NCBI GenBank assembly: GCA_963777605.1
Contig: CAVZRV010000011.1
Coordinates: forward strand, 448,001 to 512,000
DNA length: 64,000 nt
Direction: 5' to 3'
From: an uncultured Acidobacteriota bacterium
GTDB taxonomy: Bacteria > Acidobacteriota > UBA6911 > RPQK01 > JAPXNP01
In this document: in pieces, positions 32,331 to 42,423 of the stretch
Layout: every line of letters starts with the position of its first letter
Position numbering within the stretch: position 1 is the stretch's first letter
Notes under the pieces: generated by a model
What the model was told of the DNA's origin: nothing
What the model saw: only the letters and a program-made list of their open reading frames with translations
The model's database searches: none
Made by a program: the position numbers and the translations under genes

Positions 32331-33266
32331 GTGATAACGGTGGTTGCGCTCCACATTCCCGACGGATTCCTATCGGCACCAGTCTCCCTTCTGGGCTGGG
32401 CTTGCGCGGCATTGCTGACCTTTCTGGCAGTGAGACATACTTCTCAAGCCGGAGGGGACAAAAGCGCTCCGATCATGGGCGTCCTGGCCGCCTTCATTTT
32501 CGCGGCCCAGGCCATCAATTTCCCGATCTGGGCAGGGACATCAGGCCACATCGTAGGTGCCGGACTCGCGGCGATCCTGGTGGGCCCCTGGGCGGCCACC
32601 CTTCTGATGACTGCGGTAGTGCTGATTCAGGGACTGCTCTTCCAGGACGGCGGACTGCTCGTGATGGGTTGCAACATCCTCAATATGGGGGCCCTGGCCG
32701 TTTTTGCGGCCTACGCCAGCTACTCGATCGTGTTCAGGATAACCTCGCGGCGCTCGGTAGCGGCATTTGCCGGGGCCTGGCTCTCCGTGGTCGTTTCGGC
32801 TGCCGCAACCGCACTCGAACTTGGAATCTCGGGAACATTCCCAACCCAACTTGCGCTTCCGGCATTGACGGGCATATATGCCCTGGTTGGCCTGGGTGAA
32901 GGGATCGTCACTGCGGCCGCCGTCTCATTGGTCCAGTCTTCCCGACCCGAGCTTCTCCAGCAGGGAGCCCGGGTCAAGGGACGCGCCGCCGCTTCCCTGA
33001 TCACCGCCGGAATGACTGGGAGCCTGGCATTGGTCCTCTTCAGCCCCCTCGCTTCTTCTTCGCCGGACGGGCTCGAGAAAGTTGCCCAGACTGCGGGATT
33101 CGATCACCTGGCTCAGGTGCCCTGGCTGGGGGTGTTTCCCGACTACACGGTTGCGCTCTTCAATCACTCCGCCATATCGATGGTTGTCGCGATGATCCTC
33201 GGCACTGTCACAGTCTTCGGCCTGGTCATGGCCCTGACCAACTTGAACGAGAAAGTGGAGGACTGA
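32331..33266 (+). CDS. cbiM: Ni/Co ECF transporter substrate component CbiM/NikM fused to PDGLE (NikN-like) domain
   Basis: HIPDGFL, AAFIFAAQ, GTSGH, QGLLFQDGG, ASSSPDGLE. Confidence 0.88.
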   Translation: MITVVALHIPDGFLSAPVSLLGWACAALLTFLAVRHTSQAGGDKSAPIMGVLAAFIFAAQAINFPIWAGTSGHIVGAGLAAILVGPWAATLLMTAVVLIQGLLFQDGGLLVMGCNILNMGALAVFAAYASYSIVFRITSRRSVAAFAGAWLSVVVSAAATALELGISGTFPTQLALPALTGIYALVGLGEGIVTAAAVSLVQSSRPELLQQGARVKGRAAASLITAGMTGSLALVLFSPLASSSPDGLEKVAQTAGFDHLAQVPWLGVFPDYTVALFNHSAISMVVAMILGTVTVFGLVMALTNLNEKVED

Positions 33267-33268
33267 GA

Positions 33269-34039
33269 TTGCCCGGCCAGCCACCAGGTTCGGCCAGTCT
33301 CGCTCCGCTCGGAAGACTCGACGCGAGGACCCTACTTCTCTGCACGCTCCTCTACATCGTCAGCGTCAACCTCATTCCGGAAGGTTCGTGGGGACAGTTT
33401 GCGGTGTTTCTTGCACTGCTCGTGCTTTCCATCGCCATTTCCCGTGTCGGCTTCGTTGCCGTCGCGCGCCGAACCCTCCTGGCCGGCCCGTTTCTGGCTG
33501 CCCTGCTGGCAGTACCATTCGTGACTCCCGGTCCGGAGATCTGGTCGGTGCCTTTCCTGGGATGGCCGGTCACCGAGCCTGGTCTTCTCCGATTCGAAAC
33601 GCTCGTGGCCCGCTTCCTGCTCTCAGTTCCCGCCGCCGTGCTGCTCATCCTGGCCACCTCTCCACCATCACTATTCAGCGCCATGCAACGGCTCGGCATG
33701 CCTTCCCTGCTGGTGGCAGTAGTCAGCCTGACCTACCGCTACCTCTCGGTGATCCCGGAAGAAGGCCGCAGCATGATGCGGGCGCGCAAGGCACGCAGCG
33801 CCCCCCTCGCGGGAAAGCCGTCTAGTCTCTGGCAGGCAAGGGTCGCAGGAAATATGGTTGGCAGCCTCTTCCTGAGAAGTCTCGATCGAAGTGAACGGAT
33901 CTTCGCCGCGATGTTGTCCCGCGGATACGACGGCACGGTCCGTAGCCTGAATGAAGGTCGACTCAGAAACCTCGACTGGCTCCTTCTGGCTTGGTGGGGG
34001 TTGATCGCAATCGTTGTCGTCGTCAGGAGGGTGACTTGA
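33269..34039 (+). CDS. cbiQ: ECF transporter T component CbiQ/NikQ
   Basis: LDAR, YRYL, RARKAR, GSLFLRSLDRSERIFAAMLSRGY. Confidence 0.9.
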   Translation: MPGQPPGSASLAPLGRLDARTLLLCTLLYIVSVNLIPEGSWGQFAVFLALLVLSIAISRVGFVAVARRTLLAGPFLAALLAVPFVTPGPEIWSVPFLGWPVTEPGLLRFETLVARFLLSVPAAVLLILATSPPSLFSAMQRLGMPSLLVAVVSLTYRYLSVIPEEGRSMMRARKARSAPLAGKPSSLWQARVAGNMVGSLFLRSLDRSERIFAAMLSRGYDGTVRSLNEGRLRNLDWLLLAWWGLIAIVVVVRRVT

Positions 34040-34740
34040 CTCCGGCCATCGAAGCCCGCCACCTGACCTTCCGCTACGCCGATGGGCGTGAGGCCCTTCG
34101 AGGTGTGGGGCTCGCCGTCCGCTCCGGGGCGAAAGTGGGGATTGTCGGACCCAACGGCGCCGGCAAGTCCACTTTGCTTCTCCAACTCAACGGTATCCTC
34201 GCCGGTGACGGCGAGATCCGGATTGCAGGGACCCTCCTGCGAAAGGATACGCTGGCGACGATTCGCAGCCAGGTAGGACTGGTGTTCCAGGACCCGGACG
34301 ACCAGCTATTCTCACCCACAGTCTATGACGACGTCGCCTACGGGCCGCTGTACATGGGCCTGTCCCGCAGCGAAGTCAACGAACGAGTCAACTCCGCGTT
34401 GGCCGCCGTCGGGATGCTCGAGCACGTCTCCCGCGCCCCTCACTCGATGAGCGTCGGAGAGAAGAAGTTGATAGCCGTCGCTACGGTTCTTTCAATGAAA
34501 CCGGCGATTCTGGCGTTCGATGAGCCGACAGCCGGCCTGGACGCAAGAGGCCGACGTCGGATCATCGAGGTAATCAGTGGACTGACCCAGACGGTGCTGG
34601 TCGCGACCCACGATCTCCCCCTGGTCCGGCAGATTCTGGAGCGCACCCTTGTCCTGGACGGCGGCCGGGTCGTCGCCGACGGAGCCACGTCCGAACTGCT
34701 CGCCGATAGCGCACTCCTGGCCCGTCACGGCCTGGAGTAA
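34036..34740 (+). CDS. cbiO: ECF transporter ATPase CbiO/NikO
   Basis: GPNGAGKST, VFQDPDDQLF, DEPTAGLD, ATHD; TTG start overlaps the cbiQ stop. Confidence 0.92.
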   Translation: MTPAIEARHLTFRYADGREALRGVGLAVRSGAKVGIVGPNGAGKSTLLLQLNGILAGDGEIRIAGTLLRKDTLATIRSQVGLVFQDPDDQLFSPTVYDDVAYGPLYMGLSRSEVNERVNSALAAVGMLEHVSRAPHSMSVGEKKLIAVATVLSMKPAILAFDEPTAGLDARGRRRIIEVISGLTQTVLVATHDLPLVRQILERTLVLDGGRVVADGATSELLADSALLARHGLE

Positions 34741-34750
34741 CGGGTCCAAG

Positions 34751-35413
34751 TCATGCCAGTTCCTTCAGGTACTCCAGTGCGGCGCGGTCTACCTCTTCGT
34801 TCCACTGGTGCCCGCCCGAATAGACCACGACTCGAGTTGAGACGCCGCTCGCCTGCAGTCGTTGAAGGTCTGCCTCGAGGCGGGACTCGGGATACTGGCG
34901 GTCCCGCTCGCCCCGGCACAGAAAGACGCCGGGACACCTGGAAATCGCGTTGGCACTCACATCGGGAGGGATGTCACCGCCGACAGCGAGGACCCAACAT
35001 TCCGACGCAAGTGCGGCTGCAGCCCGGTAGGCCATGCCCGCTCCCTGCGAAAATCCGCACAAAACCAGCTTTTCCGGTTCACCATACTCCCGGAAGACCC
35101 GGTCGAATACACGTGTAACGTAGCTGACGTTGTCTTCCAGGGCGAGTTCCCGATCGAGCCGAGTCATCCAACTCGCAACCACCTGTCCGTCACTACGGGT
35201 GTAGAAGGGATGCAGAGCCTGGGGGCTGCAGAGAAGCCAGTCTTCGGCCGGGACCATGCGGCGCAGGCGCCCCATCTGGTCCCCGGCATTTTCGGCATAC
35301 CCGTGAAATCCAAACAGGAATTTTCGAGGTTGATTCTTCTCAGGAGGCACGATCAGGGCCCTGCCCCGAATGGCGGTTTCTACGTGGGTGACCAAAGCTT
35401 CCGATTGGTGCAT
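34751..35413 (-). CDS. Phospholipase/carboxylesterase (alpha/beta hydrolase)
   Basis: GFHGYAE, GFSQG nucleophile, GERD, GGH. Confidence 0.85.
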   Translation of the reverse strand: MHQSEALVTHVETAIRGRALIVPPEKNQPRKFLFGFHGYAENAGDQMGRLRRMVPAEDWLLCSPQALHPFYTRSDGQVVASWMTRLDRELALEDNVSYVTRVFDRVFREYGEPEKLVLCGFSQGAGMAYRAAAALASECWVLAVGGDIPPDVSANAISRCPGVFLCRGERDRQYPESRLEADLQRLQASGVSTRVVVYSGGHQWNEEVDRAALEYLKELA

Positions 35414-35491
35414 CGCGTGATGGTTGCACGCTCACGGCTGGATGTCCATCCGCGGGTCGGCTATGATCCCATCCGTGCTAGGCTTTTCCGC

Positions 35492-36643
35492 ATGGTGGCC
35501 CCTCTGACTCATGCCGAAGTGCTTCGATGGCGCAAAGAGTTCCCCATCCTCGGTCAATGCACCTACCTGATCAACAACTCGCTGGGCGCAATGCCGCGGC
35601 AAACCCGCGATCAGCTCCAGGAATACTGCCGGGCCTGGGAATCCCGGGGAGTCGAGTCCTGGACGGACAACTGGTGGGAATTTCCGCGACGGCTCGGCGA
35701 CCTTCTGTCGGGGCTGTTCGGCGCAGGCCCGGATGAAGTCTCGATTCAGCCCAACGTAACTACCGCCGAGTGGGTGGCCTGTTCAGCGATTCCTCGCCAT
35801 GACGGCCGGAACAAGGTCGTCTACAGCGAGTTCAATTTCCCGTCCGTCCGCTACTTCTACCAGTCTCAGCCCAAATTGGAGATCGACGTGGTTCCCTCGG
35901 ACGACGGGCTGACGGTGCCGTTGGAACGCCTCCTGGACGCGATCGACGAGACCACGCTGCTGGTGCCCATCTCCCACGTTCTCTTCAAAAGCGGATACAT
36001 ACAGGATGTTCGAGCAATCGTCGAAAGAGCCCACTCCGTGGGTGCCTACGTAATCCTCGATACCTACCACTCGTGTGGAGTCGTTCCCTTCTCGGTGAAG
36101 GAGACCGACCCCGACTTCGTAGTTGGTGGAGTCCTCAAGTGGCTCTGTGGCGGCCCCGGAGTCGCCTTTCTCTGGGTAAATCCCAGACTTTCCGGAACCC
36201 TGACCCCGAGGCTCACTGGATGGCTCGCCCACCAGGATCCGTTCGCGTTCGAAGAAGAGATGGCATGGACTTCAGGTGCTTACCGGTTCCTCAGCGGGAC
36301 CCCCAACGTGCCCGGGCTCTACGCTGCCACGTCGGGAGTTGAGACCATTCTCCGGGTGGGTGTGGAGCGCATTCGCGAACGTTCGACGACCCTGACGAAT
36401 CGAGTCATCGACCAGGCCGACCGGGTCGGTATCGAAGTGCGGTGCCCCCGGGACCCGGCTGTCCGAGGGGGACATGTGACGCTGACGCCGCCCGGTGCGG
36501 AAACCGTCGCCCGAAAACTGGTCGAACGCGGATTTTACGTCGATTACCGTCGTGACTTCGGCATCCGAATCGCCCCCCATTTCTACAACACCCTGGACGA
36601 GATCGACTCGGTGGTCCAGGAGATCAAGTCGCTGTCCGAGTGA
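35492..36643 (+). CDS. kynU: Kynureninase-like PLP enzyme (aminotransferase class V)
   Basis: YLINNSLGAMP, FPS, SHVLFKSG, DTYHSCG, KWLCGGPG, RGGH; adjacent to a kynB-like cyclase. Confidence 0.8.
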   Translation: MVAPLTHAEVLRWRKEFPILGQCTYLINNSLGAMPRQTRDQLQEYCRAWESRGVESWTDNWWEFPRRLGDLLSGLFGAGPDEVSIQPNVTTAEWVACSAIPRHDGRNKVVYSEFNFPSVRYFYQSQPKLEIDVVPSDDGLTVPLERLLDAIDETTLLVPISHVLFKSGYIQDVRAIVERAHSVGAYVILDTYHSCGVVPFSVKETDPDFVVGGVLKWLCGGPGVAFLWVNPRLSGTLTPRLTGWLAHQDPFAFEEEMAWTSGAYRFLSGTPNVPGLYAATSGVETILRVGVERIRERSTTLTNRVIDQADRVGIEVRCPRDPAVRGGHVTLTPPGAETVARKLVERGFYVDYRRDFGIRIAPHFYNTLDEIDSVVQEIKSLSE

Positions 36644-36656
36644 AGGAGATTCGCCC

Positions 36657-37271
36657 ATGATCTACGATATTTCTCCCCCCCTGACGCCCGAAATCGCAGT
36701 CTGGCCCGGGGACGTCCCCTTCCATATCGAGCGCAGCATGCGCCAGTCTGAGGGCGCCAACTACGATCTCTCCAGTATTCGGTTGAGTCTGCACACCGGA
36801 TCCCACATGGACGCGCCACTCCATTACCTGCCCGACGGGGCTTCCATCGACGCGATCGACCTGTCCCGTGGGATCGGTTCCGCTCTGGTCATTGATCTGG
36901 CCGGCGTCACCGAAGTACTGCCGAAACACCTGGAAGGCAAATTCTCGGAGTCGACTCGCCGGATCTTGATGAAGACGATGCCGGATCGCAACCCGAATGA
37001 CTTTCCCGAGGATTTCCCTTACCTTTCCGCGTCGGCCGCGAAACTCCTGGTGGAACGGGGTATCGTCCTGATCGGCACCGACACACCCTCGATGGACCAG
37101 TTCTCGAGCAGCGCACTTCCCGCCCATCGTACCCTGGGCCGGGCCGGAGTCCTGATTCTCGAAAACCTGGTCCTGGGACATGTCCCCGAAGGCACTTATG
37201 AACTGATCGCCCTTCCCCTCCGAATCGCCGGAGGGGAAGCCTCACCGATCAGAGCGATCCTACGAAAATAG
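36657..37271 (+). CDS. kynB: Kynurenine formamidase / cyclase family protein
   Basis: WPGD, HTGSHMDAPLH, GTDTPS, ILENL, LIALPLRIAGGEASPIRA. Confidence 0.82.
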   Translation: MIYDISPPLTPEIAVWPGDVPFHIERSMRQSEGANYDLSSIRLSLHTGSHMDAPLHYLPDGASIDAIDLSRGIGSALVIDLAGVTEVLPKHLEGKFSESTRRILMKTMPDRNPNDFPEDFPYLSASAAKLLVERGIVLIGTDTPSMDQFSSSALPAHRTLGRAGVLILENLVLGHVPEGTYELIALPLRIAGGEASPIRAILRK

Positions 37272-37331
37272 CGGCATCCGATGGCCGTCCCATCTACTGA
37301 ATCTTCCCCTGCAAGACCACCGGGGACGGTC

Positions 37332-39382
37332 CTACCAGATGCTGACCCGCTTGTCCGGCGGGAGGTACATTCCGTCACCCTCCTGGACGTCGAAGGCCGC
37401 ATAGAACGGCAAGAAGTTCCGCAGCGGTCCGGCGGCCCGGAACTGGGCAGGGGAGTGGGGATCGGTCAGCACCTGGCGACGCAGGAATTCCTCTCTGGCC
37501 TTCGACCTCCACACCTGCGCGTAGCCGATGAAGAAGCGCTGGTCGCCGGTGAGACCGTCGATTACGGGGGCCAGCCCCGGCATTGAGCGACATGTGATAG
37601 GCCTGGTAGGAAATCGTAATTCCGGTCAGGTCCCCGATGTTCTCGCCCAGAGTCAACTGGCCGTTCACGTGGAGCCCTTCCACCGGGCTGTACTGGCCGT
37701 ACTGGTCCACCAGCATCCGGGCCTTCTCCTGGAACGCCTTGGCATCGGCATCAGTCCACCAGTCGCGCAGATTCCCGTTGGCGTCCGTCTTGCGACCCTG
37801 ATCGTCGAAGGCATGTCCCATTTCGTGACCGATTACCACTCCGATGGCCCCGTAGTTGACGGCATCGTCGGCTGCGAGATTGAAGAAGGGAGGCTGCAGA
37901 ATCGCTGCCGGGAAGACGATCTCGTTGAGGCGTGGATTGTGGTAGGCGTTGACGGTTTGAGGCGTCATTCCCCACTCCTTCCGGTCCACGGGACCACCAA
38001 GTTTTCGAATATCCCGGTCGTATTCGAACTCCGCCGCCCGGACCAGGTTGCCGGTGGGATCATCCCTGCGGATCTCCAAACCTGAGTAGTCGCGCCACTC
38101 GTCGGGATATCCGATCTTGTAGGTGAACTTCGCGCGCTTCTCTTCGGCCTTCGCCTTCGTCTCGGGACTCATCCAGTCCAGATTCTGGATGCTGACCTGG
38201 TAGGACTTGAGCAGGTTCTCAACCAGCTCGGTCATGCGGGCTTTGGCTTCCGGCGGGAAATACCGTTTGACGTAGACTTTGCCCACGGCCTCGCCAAGCG
38301 AACCGTTGACAGCCTGAACGGCCCGCTGCCACCGGGGACGCTGCTCCTGCAAGCCATTGATGAGGCGGCCATTGAAGTCGAAACTGGCCGTGGCAAAGTC
38401 CTTTGAAAGCCAGGGGGCGGCATCGTCGATGGCGTGAAATCTGAGGTAATCCTTCCAAGTCTCGAGGTCGGTCTCCTCGAGGATTCCGCCCAGCTTCTCC
38501 AGGTAACTGGGCTGCCGGACGAAGACGGTCTTTTCGCCCGTCGCCCCCGCCGTTCCGAGAAACACGGTCCAGTCAATCTTGTCCGAAACCGAGGTCAACT
38601 CGGAGACCTCAACGCGATTGTTGGTCTTGGAAACATCACGGTTGTCTTCGGGTGCCCACTGCACTTCCGCAATGCCATGCTCCAGGTCGTAAATGCGTTG
38701 GGCTCGCCCGGCACCATCATCAAGCCCCGCCAACTCGAAGAGGCGCGCGACGTACTTCGGATATTCGGCGCGGATCGTGTCGAACTTGGCTCCTTCCTTC
38801 AGGTAATAGTCACGGTTGGGCAATCCCAGTCCGGCCTGGGTCAGATAGACTGCATAGCGGGTCGAGTCCCCGGAATCGATGCTGACGAACAGGGCCACCG
38901 GACCGTAGATGCCCGCCTTCTCCATTTCCGCCATTCTCTCGACCAGCCCCGAGCGCGAAGCAATGGCGTCAATCTTCCCGAGCTGCTCCAGGAGCGGGTT
39001 GGCGCCCCGTCTCTCGGCCAGTGCCTCGTCCATCAGGCTGGCGTACAGGTCACCAATCTTCTGTTCTTCGGATCCGACCCGAAGATCGGCCCTGCCGCCA
39101 AGTTCCTCGATGATGGCCCGGGTCCGCTCATCGCTGAGATCGCGCAACTGAGTGAATACGCCATAATAGGGCTTGTCGGCCGGAATTTCGGTCCTGCCAA
39201 TCCAGCCGCCGTTTGCGTATGCATTGAAGTCGTCCTGAGGACGGACAGACTTGTCAAACCCGTCAAAATCAATCCCGGATTCAAGTGTTTTCGCTGAAGC
39301 CGTCGCGGCTTTATTCGCCGCCATCGCAGTTACTGGAAAAATCGCTAATCATCATCAAGAAAATCCACCGCCCAAATCTCAT
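37332..39382 (-). CDS. M13 family zinc metallopeptidase (PepO/neprilysin-like); +1 frameshifts near 39349 and 37575
   Basis: RPQDDF, KIGYPD, VNAY, HEMGH, GENIGD. C-terminus (APVIDGLTGDQRFF...DPHSP...IW*) is in ORF 37332..37583. Signal peptide MRFGRWIFLMM/LAIFPVTAMA after AGGAGG is split by one base. Confidence 0.9.
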
Positions 39383-39451
39383 CAAGATGCGCCTCCTACT
39401 GGCTCATGTACACGAAGCTCATTCAATAATGTTTCACAGAATTGTTCGGAG

Positions 39452-39477
39452 GTAGGATAACCGTCCCAGATTGTCGC
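39452..39477 (+). repeat. GTAG-type REP palindrome (degenerate)
   Basis: GTAGGATAACCGTCCCAGATTGTCGC, similar to 16909-16934 and to the reverse complements at 12320-12335 and 17194-17217. Confidence 0.55.
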
Positions 39478-39555
39478 CGAAATCAATGCCGAGCGATCGG
39501 GACCTGCAGCAGATACCGTTCCGAACGAACGGCCGCAATCCACCGGGCAGTTATT

Positions 39556-40893
39556 CTACTCTTCCGAGGCAGCCACCCGGATGTGGTCTGCTTCCTCGGA
39601 GAGATCCGGTTCGCCAAGCGCTCCCTCGGACGCGGCTACCACAACGGCCACCGTTCCGTCTCCGGTCACGTTGGTCACGGTCCGCAGCATGTCGAGGATC
39701 CGGTCAACACCCAGGATCAGCGCCATACCGGCGCTCGGAACCCCGATCGCCTCCAGAATGATGACCAGCATGATAATTCCGGCACTCGGAACGGCAGCAG
39801 TTCCGATCGAGGCCAGCACGGCAGTCAAAATGATCGTCACCTGCTGAGACAGGCTGAGGTCCATACCCACGGTCTGGGCGATGAATACCGCCGCGACAGC
39901 CTGGTAGAGGGCCGTCCCATCCATGTTGATGGTCGCCCCAAGAGGCAACACGAACGAGGCCACTTCATCGGAGACGCCCAACTTCTCGCGGCAGCGCTCC
40001 ATGGTCACCGGGAGAGTCGCCCCCGATGAACTCGTCGAGAATGCCACCAACTGAGCCGGCCCCATCCCCCGAAAGAACGTCATCACGTCCATCGGACTGA
40101 ACAATCTCAGGAGCAGGGGATATGTGATCAGGGTGTGGATCAGCAATCCTCCGACCACGGCCAGGCAGTAGTACCCCAGGGCGCCGAGCAAATGAAGCAC
40201 GCGGAGAAGGTCATTCCCCGCAATCGACGTAATGGTGGAAGCAATCAAGGCGAAGACACCCAGTGGAGCCATCAGCATGATCAGGTCCACAAGCCGGATG
40301 ACCAGTTCGTTGAGAGCATGAATCAGGTCGAGGATCGGTTTGGCCTGGGAGTGTTTCAACTGGATCAGGCCGACCCCAATCAGGATCGCCACGAAGACCA
40401 CCTGCAGCATGTTGCGGTTTTCCGAGGCGGCACCGAAAAAGTTATCCGGAACCATCTCGACGATCGGACTCAGGGGCCCTCTCCTTCGCTGCTCTTCGGC
40501 CAGGGAGGTCTGGGACTCGGCATCCTGGCGGTAGGCGGTTTCCAGTTCCTGCCTCATCTGGGGCGGAACCTGGTGCCCGGGCTGAAGGATGTTGACGATC
40601 ACCAGCCCGAGGGTCACGGCCACTGTTGTTGTACCCAGGTAGATGGCAACCGTCTTCCCACCGATTCGAGACAGCTTCTTCAAATCGGACAGCGACGCCA
40701 CGCCACCGATGAGCGAGGTCAAGACCAGGGGCACAGCAATCAGCTTCAGCAGGTTGATGAAGATGGTCCCGAAAGGAGCCACCCAGTCAGCTGTAAAGCC
40801 ACTCAACCCGGCGTACGCCGCCACTACACCGAAAATTGTTCCCAGGAGCAGTCCTGCAATGATCTGCCAGTGCAGCCTGCGATACCAAACCAT
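39556..40893 (-). CDS. Dicarboxylate/amino acid:cation symporter (GltP/DAACS)
   Basis: AFSTSSSGATLP, LPLGATINMDGTALY, SIGTAAVP, DRILDMLRTVTNVTGD. Confidence 0.95.
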   Translation of the reverse strand: MVWYRRLHWQIIAGLLLGTIFGVVAAYAGLSGFTADWVAPFGTIFINLLKLIAVPLVLTSLIGGVASLSDLKKLSRIGGKTVAIYLGTTTVAVTLGLVIVNILQPGHQVPPQMRQELETAYRQDAESQTSLAEEQRRRGPLSPIVEMVPDNFFGAASENRNMLQVVFVAILIGVGLIQLKHSQAKPILDLIHALNELVIRLVDLIMLMAPLGVFALIASTITSIAGNDLLRVLHLLGALGYYCLAVVGGLLIHTLITYPLLLRLFSPMDVMTFFRGMGPAQLVAFSTSSSGATLPVTMERCREKLGVSDEVASFVLPLGATINMDGTALYQAVAAVFIAQTVGMDLSLSQQVTIILTAVLASIGTAAVPSAGIIMLVIILEAIGVPSAGMALILGVDRILDMLRTVTNVTGDGTVAVVVAASEGALGEPDLSEEADHIRVAASEE

Positions 40894-41040
40894 CGCACCA
40901 TCCTCACAGGTTGACCCGTGTTTTTCAATGGGAGCCGACGACGTCCCATATCCCCCAGGTCCCATGTCCTACGAGTTCCGATACGTCCCACGAATCCCAT
41001 CCCCCGCAATCTCTCTCCCACTTTGAGCTAAACTTCACCC

Positions 41041-41616
41041 ATGTCACCAAAGCGTCTCATCGTAGGGATTTCCGGGGCGTCCGCCCCTCTCTTCGGAATC
41101 AGAACACTGGAACTGCTCCGACAGGTCCCCGAGGTGGAGACTCACCTCGTTTGCACCCGGGGGTCGGAGCGAACCATCGAACTCGAAACCGGGATGAGCC
41201 CGGAGCAGGTCGGACGTCTGGCGGACGTGGTTCACTCAGCCGACGACCTGGCGGCCCCGATCTCCAGCGGGTCATTCAAGACCGCTGGGATGATCGTCGC
41301 CCCCTGCTCGATGAGCACGCTCGCATGCATCGCGACCTCGATGAGCAAAGACCTCCTTACCCGGGCGGCGGACGTCACCCTCAAGGAGCGGAGAAAGCTG
41401 GTAATCCTGCCACGGGAATCCCCCTGGCACCTGGGACACCTGCGGAGGATGGTCGAAGTCACCGAAATGGGTGCGATCGTGGCGCCTCCAATTCCGTCCT
41501 TTTACCATCGTCCGGAGACCATCGACGATCTGATCAACCACGCAATTGGTAGAGCCCTCGATGTTCTCGATTTCCCTATCCCGTGGATGAAACGCTGGAC
41601 GGGGCCGACCCTCTGA
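41041..41616 (+). CDS. ubiX: Flavin prenyltransferase UbiX
   Basis: VGISGASA, APISSGS, APCSM, RAADVTLKERR, RESP, PSFYHRP. Confidence 0.95.
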   Translation: MSPKRLIVGISGASAPLFGIRTLELLRQVPEVETHLVCTRGSERTIELETGMSPEQVGRLADVVHSADDLAAPISSGSFKTAGMIVAPCSMSTLACIATSMSKDLLTRAADVTLKERRKLVILPRESPWHLGHLRRMVEVTEMGAIVAPPIPSFYHRPETIDDLINHAIGRALDVLDFPIPWMKRWTGPTL

Positions 41617-41911
41617 ACAGGTCGATCAGGTAGCCAATCGGAGAGCACATGAAAAGCCGGACGGCGATCCTGGCGTTCCCGGCCCAGAACCCATCCGCCT
41701 CCAGTCTTTCCACGGCATAGTGAGAGCAGGTCGGTTGGAAACGGCAGTGGGCGACATAGCCCATGTACGGGGAGAGAACTCTCTGGTAGAGGTGAATCGC
41801 CGCGAGTTCGCCGCGGAGCGGGTAGGGAGTCAGGGTGAACAGGGTGGCGAAGACCAAGACTGCGCCACCCCAAAGAAGTTTGCGCTTACGGTCGGTGGAA
41901 ACTACTTCCAC
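41576..41911 (-). CDS. yidD: YidD-like membrane protein insertion efficiency factor with N-terminal TM
   Basis: IHLYQRVLSP...CRFQPTCSHYA...RLFMCSP, the three conserved Cys; GTG start inferred at 41911. Confidence 0.7.
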   Translation of the reverse strand: MEVVSTDRKRKLLWGGAVLVFATLFTLTPYPLRGELAAIHLYQRVLSPYMGYVAHCRFQPTCSHYAVERLEADGFWAGNARIAVRLFMCSPIGYLIDLFRGSAPSSVSSTG

Positions 41912-42339
41912 TGATCGGCAAAATCCGAGATCACGGGCAGCCGGAAACGTTCTCCGTTGATCGCCTTGATGATGCAGATGATGTGCACGGCGAGGATGGC
42001 CAACGGGAGAACGATCGACAGGAGACACCCAACAACCTGCCCCACAACCGGAATCATGGCGACGATGAAGAGGACAATCCACAGCACAATCCACGTCACC
42101 ATCAACACGATGCCGTGCTTGGCATGCCACTGCACTTCCGCGTCTTCCTTTTCGGTGAGCAACGGAATCAGGGCCAGGATTCCCAGGTAGGCCAGGATCA
42201 ACATGATGGTTCGGTTCTGTGACCCACCGCCCGCAGTGCCGGCCGGAGGCGGCGGCGTGCTCGGCGGGGGCGGAGTGCTTGGAGGCGGCGGCGTCTTCGG
42301 TCCTTGCGATTGTCCGGAACCTTGCGGTGTGTCTTGCAT
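41902..42339 (-). CDS. DUF4870-like membrane protein with proline-rich N-terminus
   Basis: TPPPP repeats, LAYLG, VQWHAKHG, IIKAINGERFRLPVI; AAGGAGG SD. Confidence 0.8.
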   Translation of the reverse strand: MQDTPQGSGQSQGPKTPPPPSTPPPPSTPPPPAGTAGGGSQNRTIMLILAYLGILALIPLLTEKEDAEVQWHAKHGIVLMVTWIVLWIVLFIVAMIPVVGQVVGCLLSIVLPLAILAVHIICIIKAINGERFRLPVISDFADQWK

Positions 42340-42423
42340 TCTTCTCTCTCCTCCTTAAGTCTCCCGCAGCGCCACTCCGGCGCACGGGACATCCTAATGT
42401 GGTAGCACAGACCTACAGGAACC

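Noticed and set aside
34862-35491. Long N-terminal extensions in the ORF track (kynU; also folD, hom, DAO, pyrD, SDR)
   Set aside because: Family homology starts later, and SD or -10 signals mark the downstream starts; the extensions overlap other genes or repeats.
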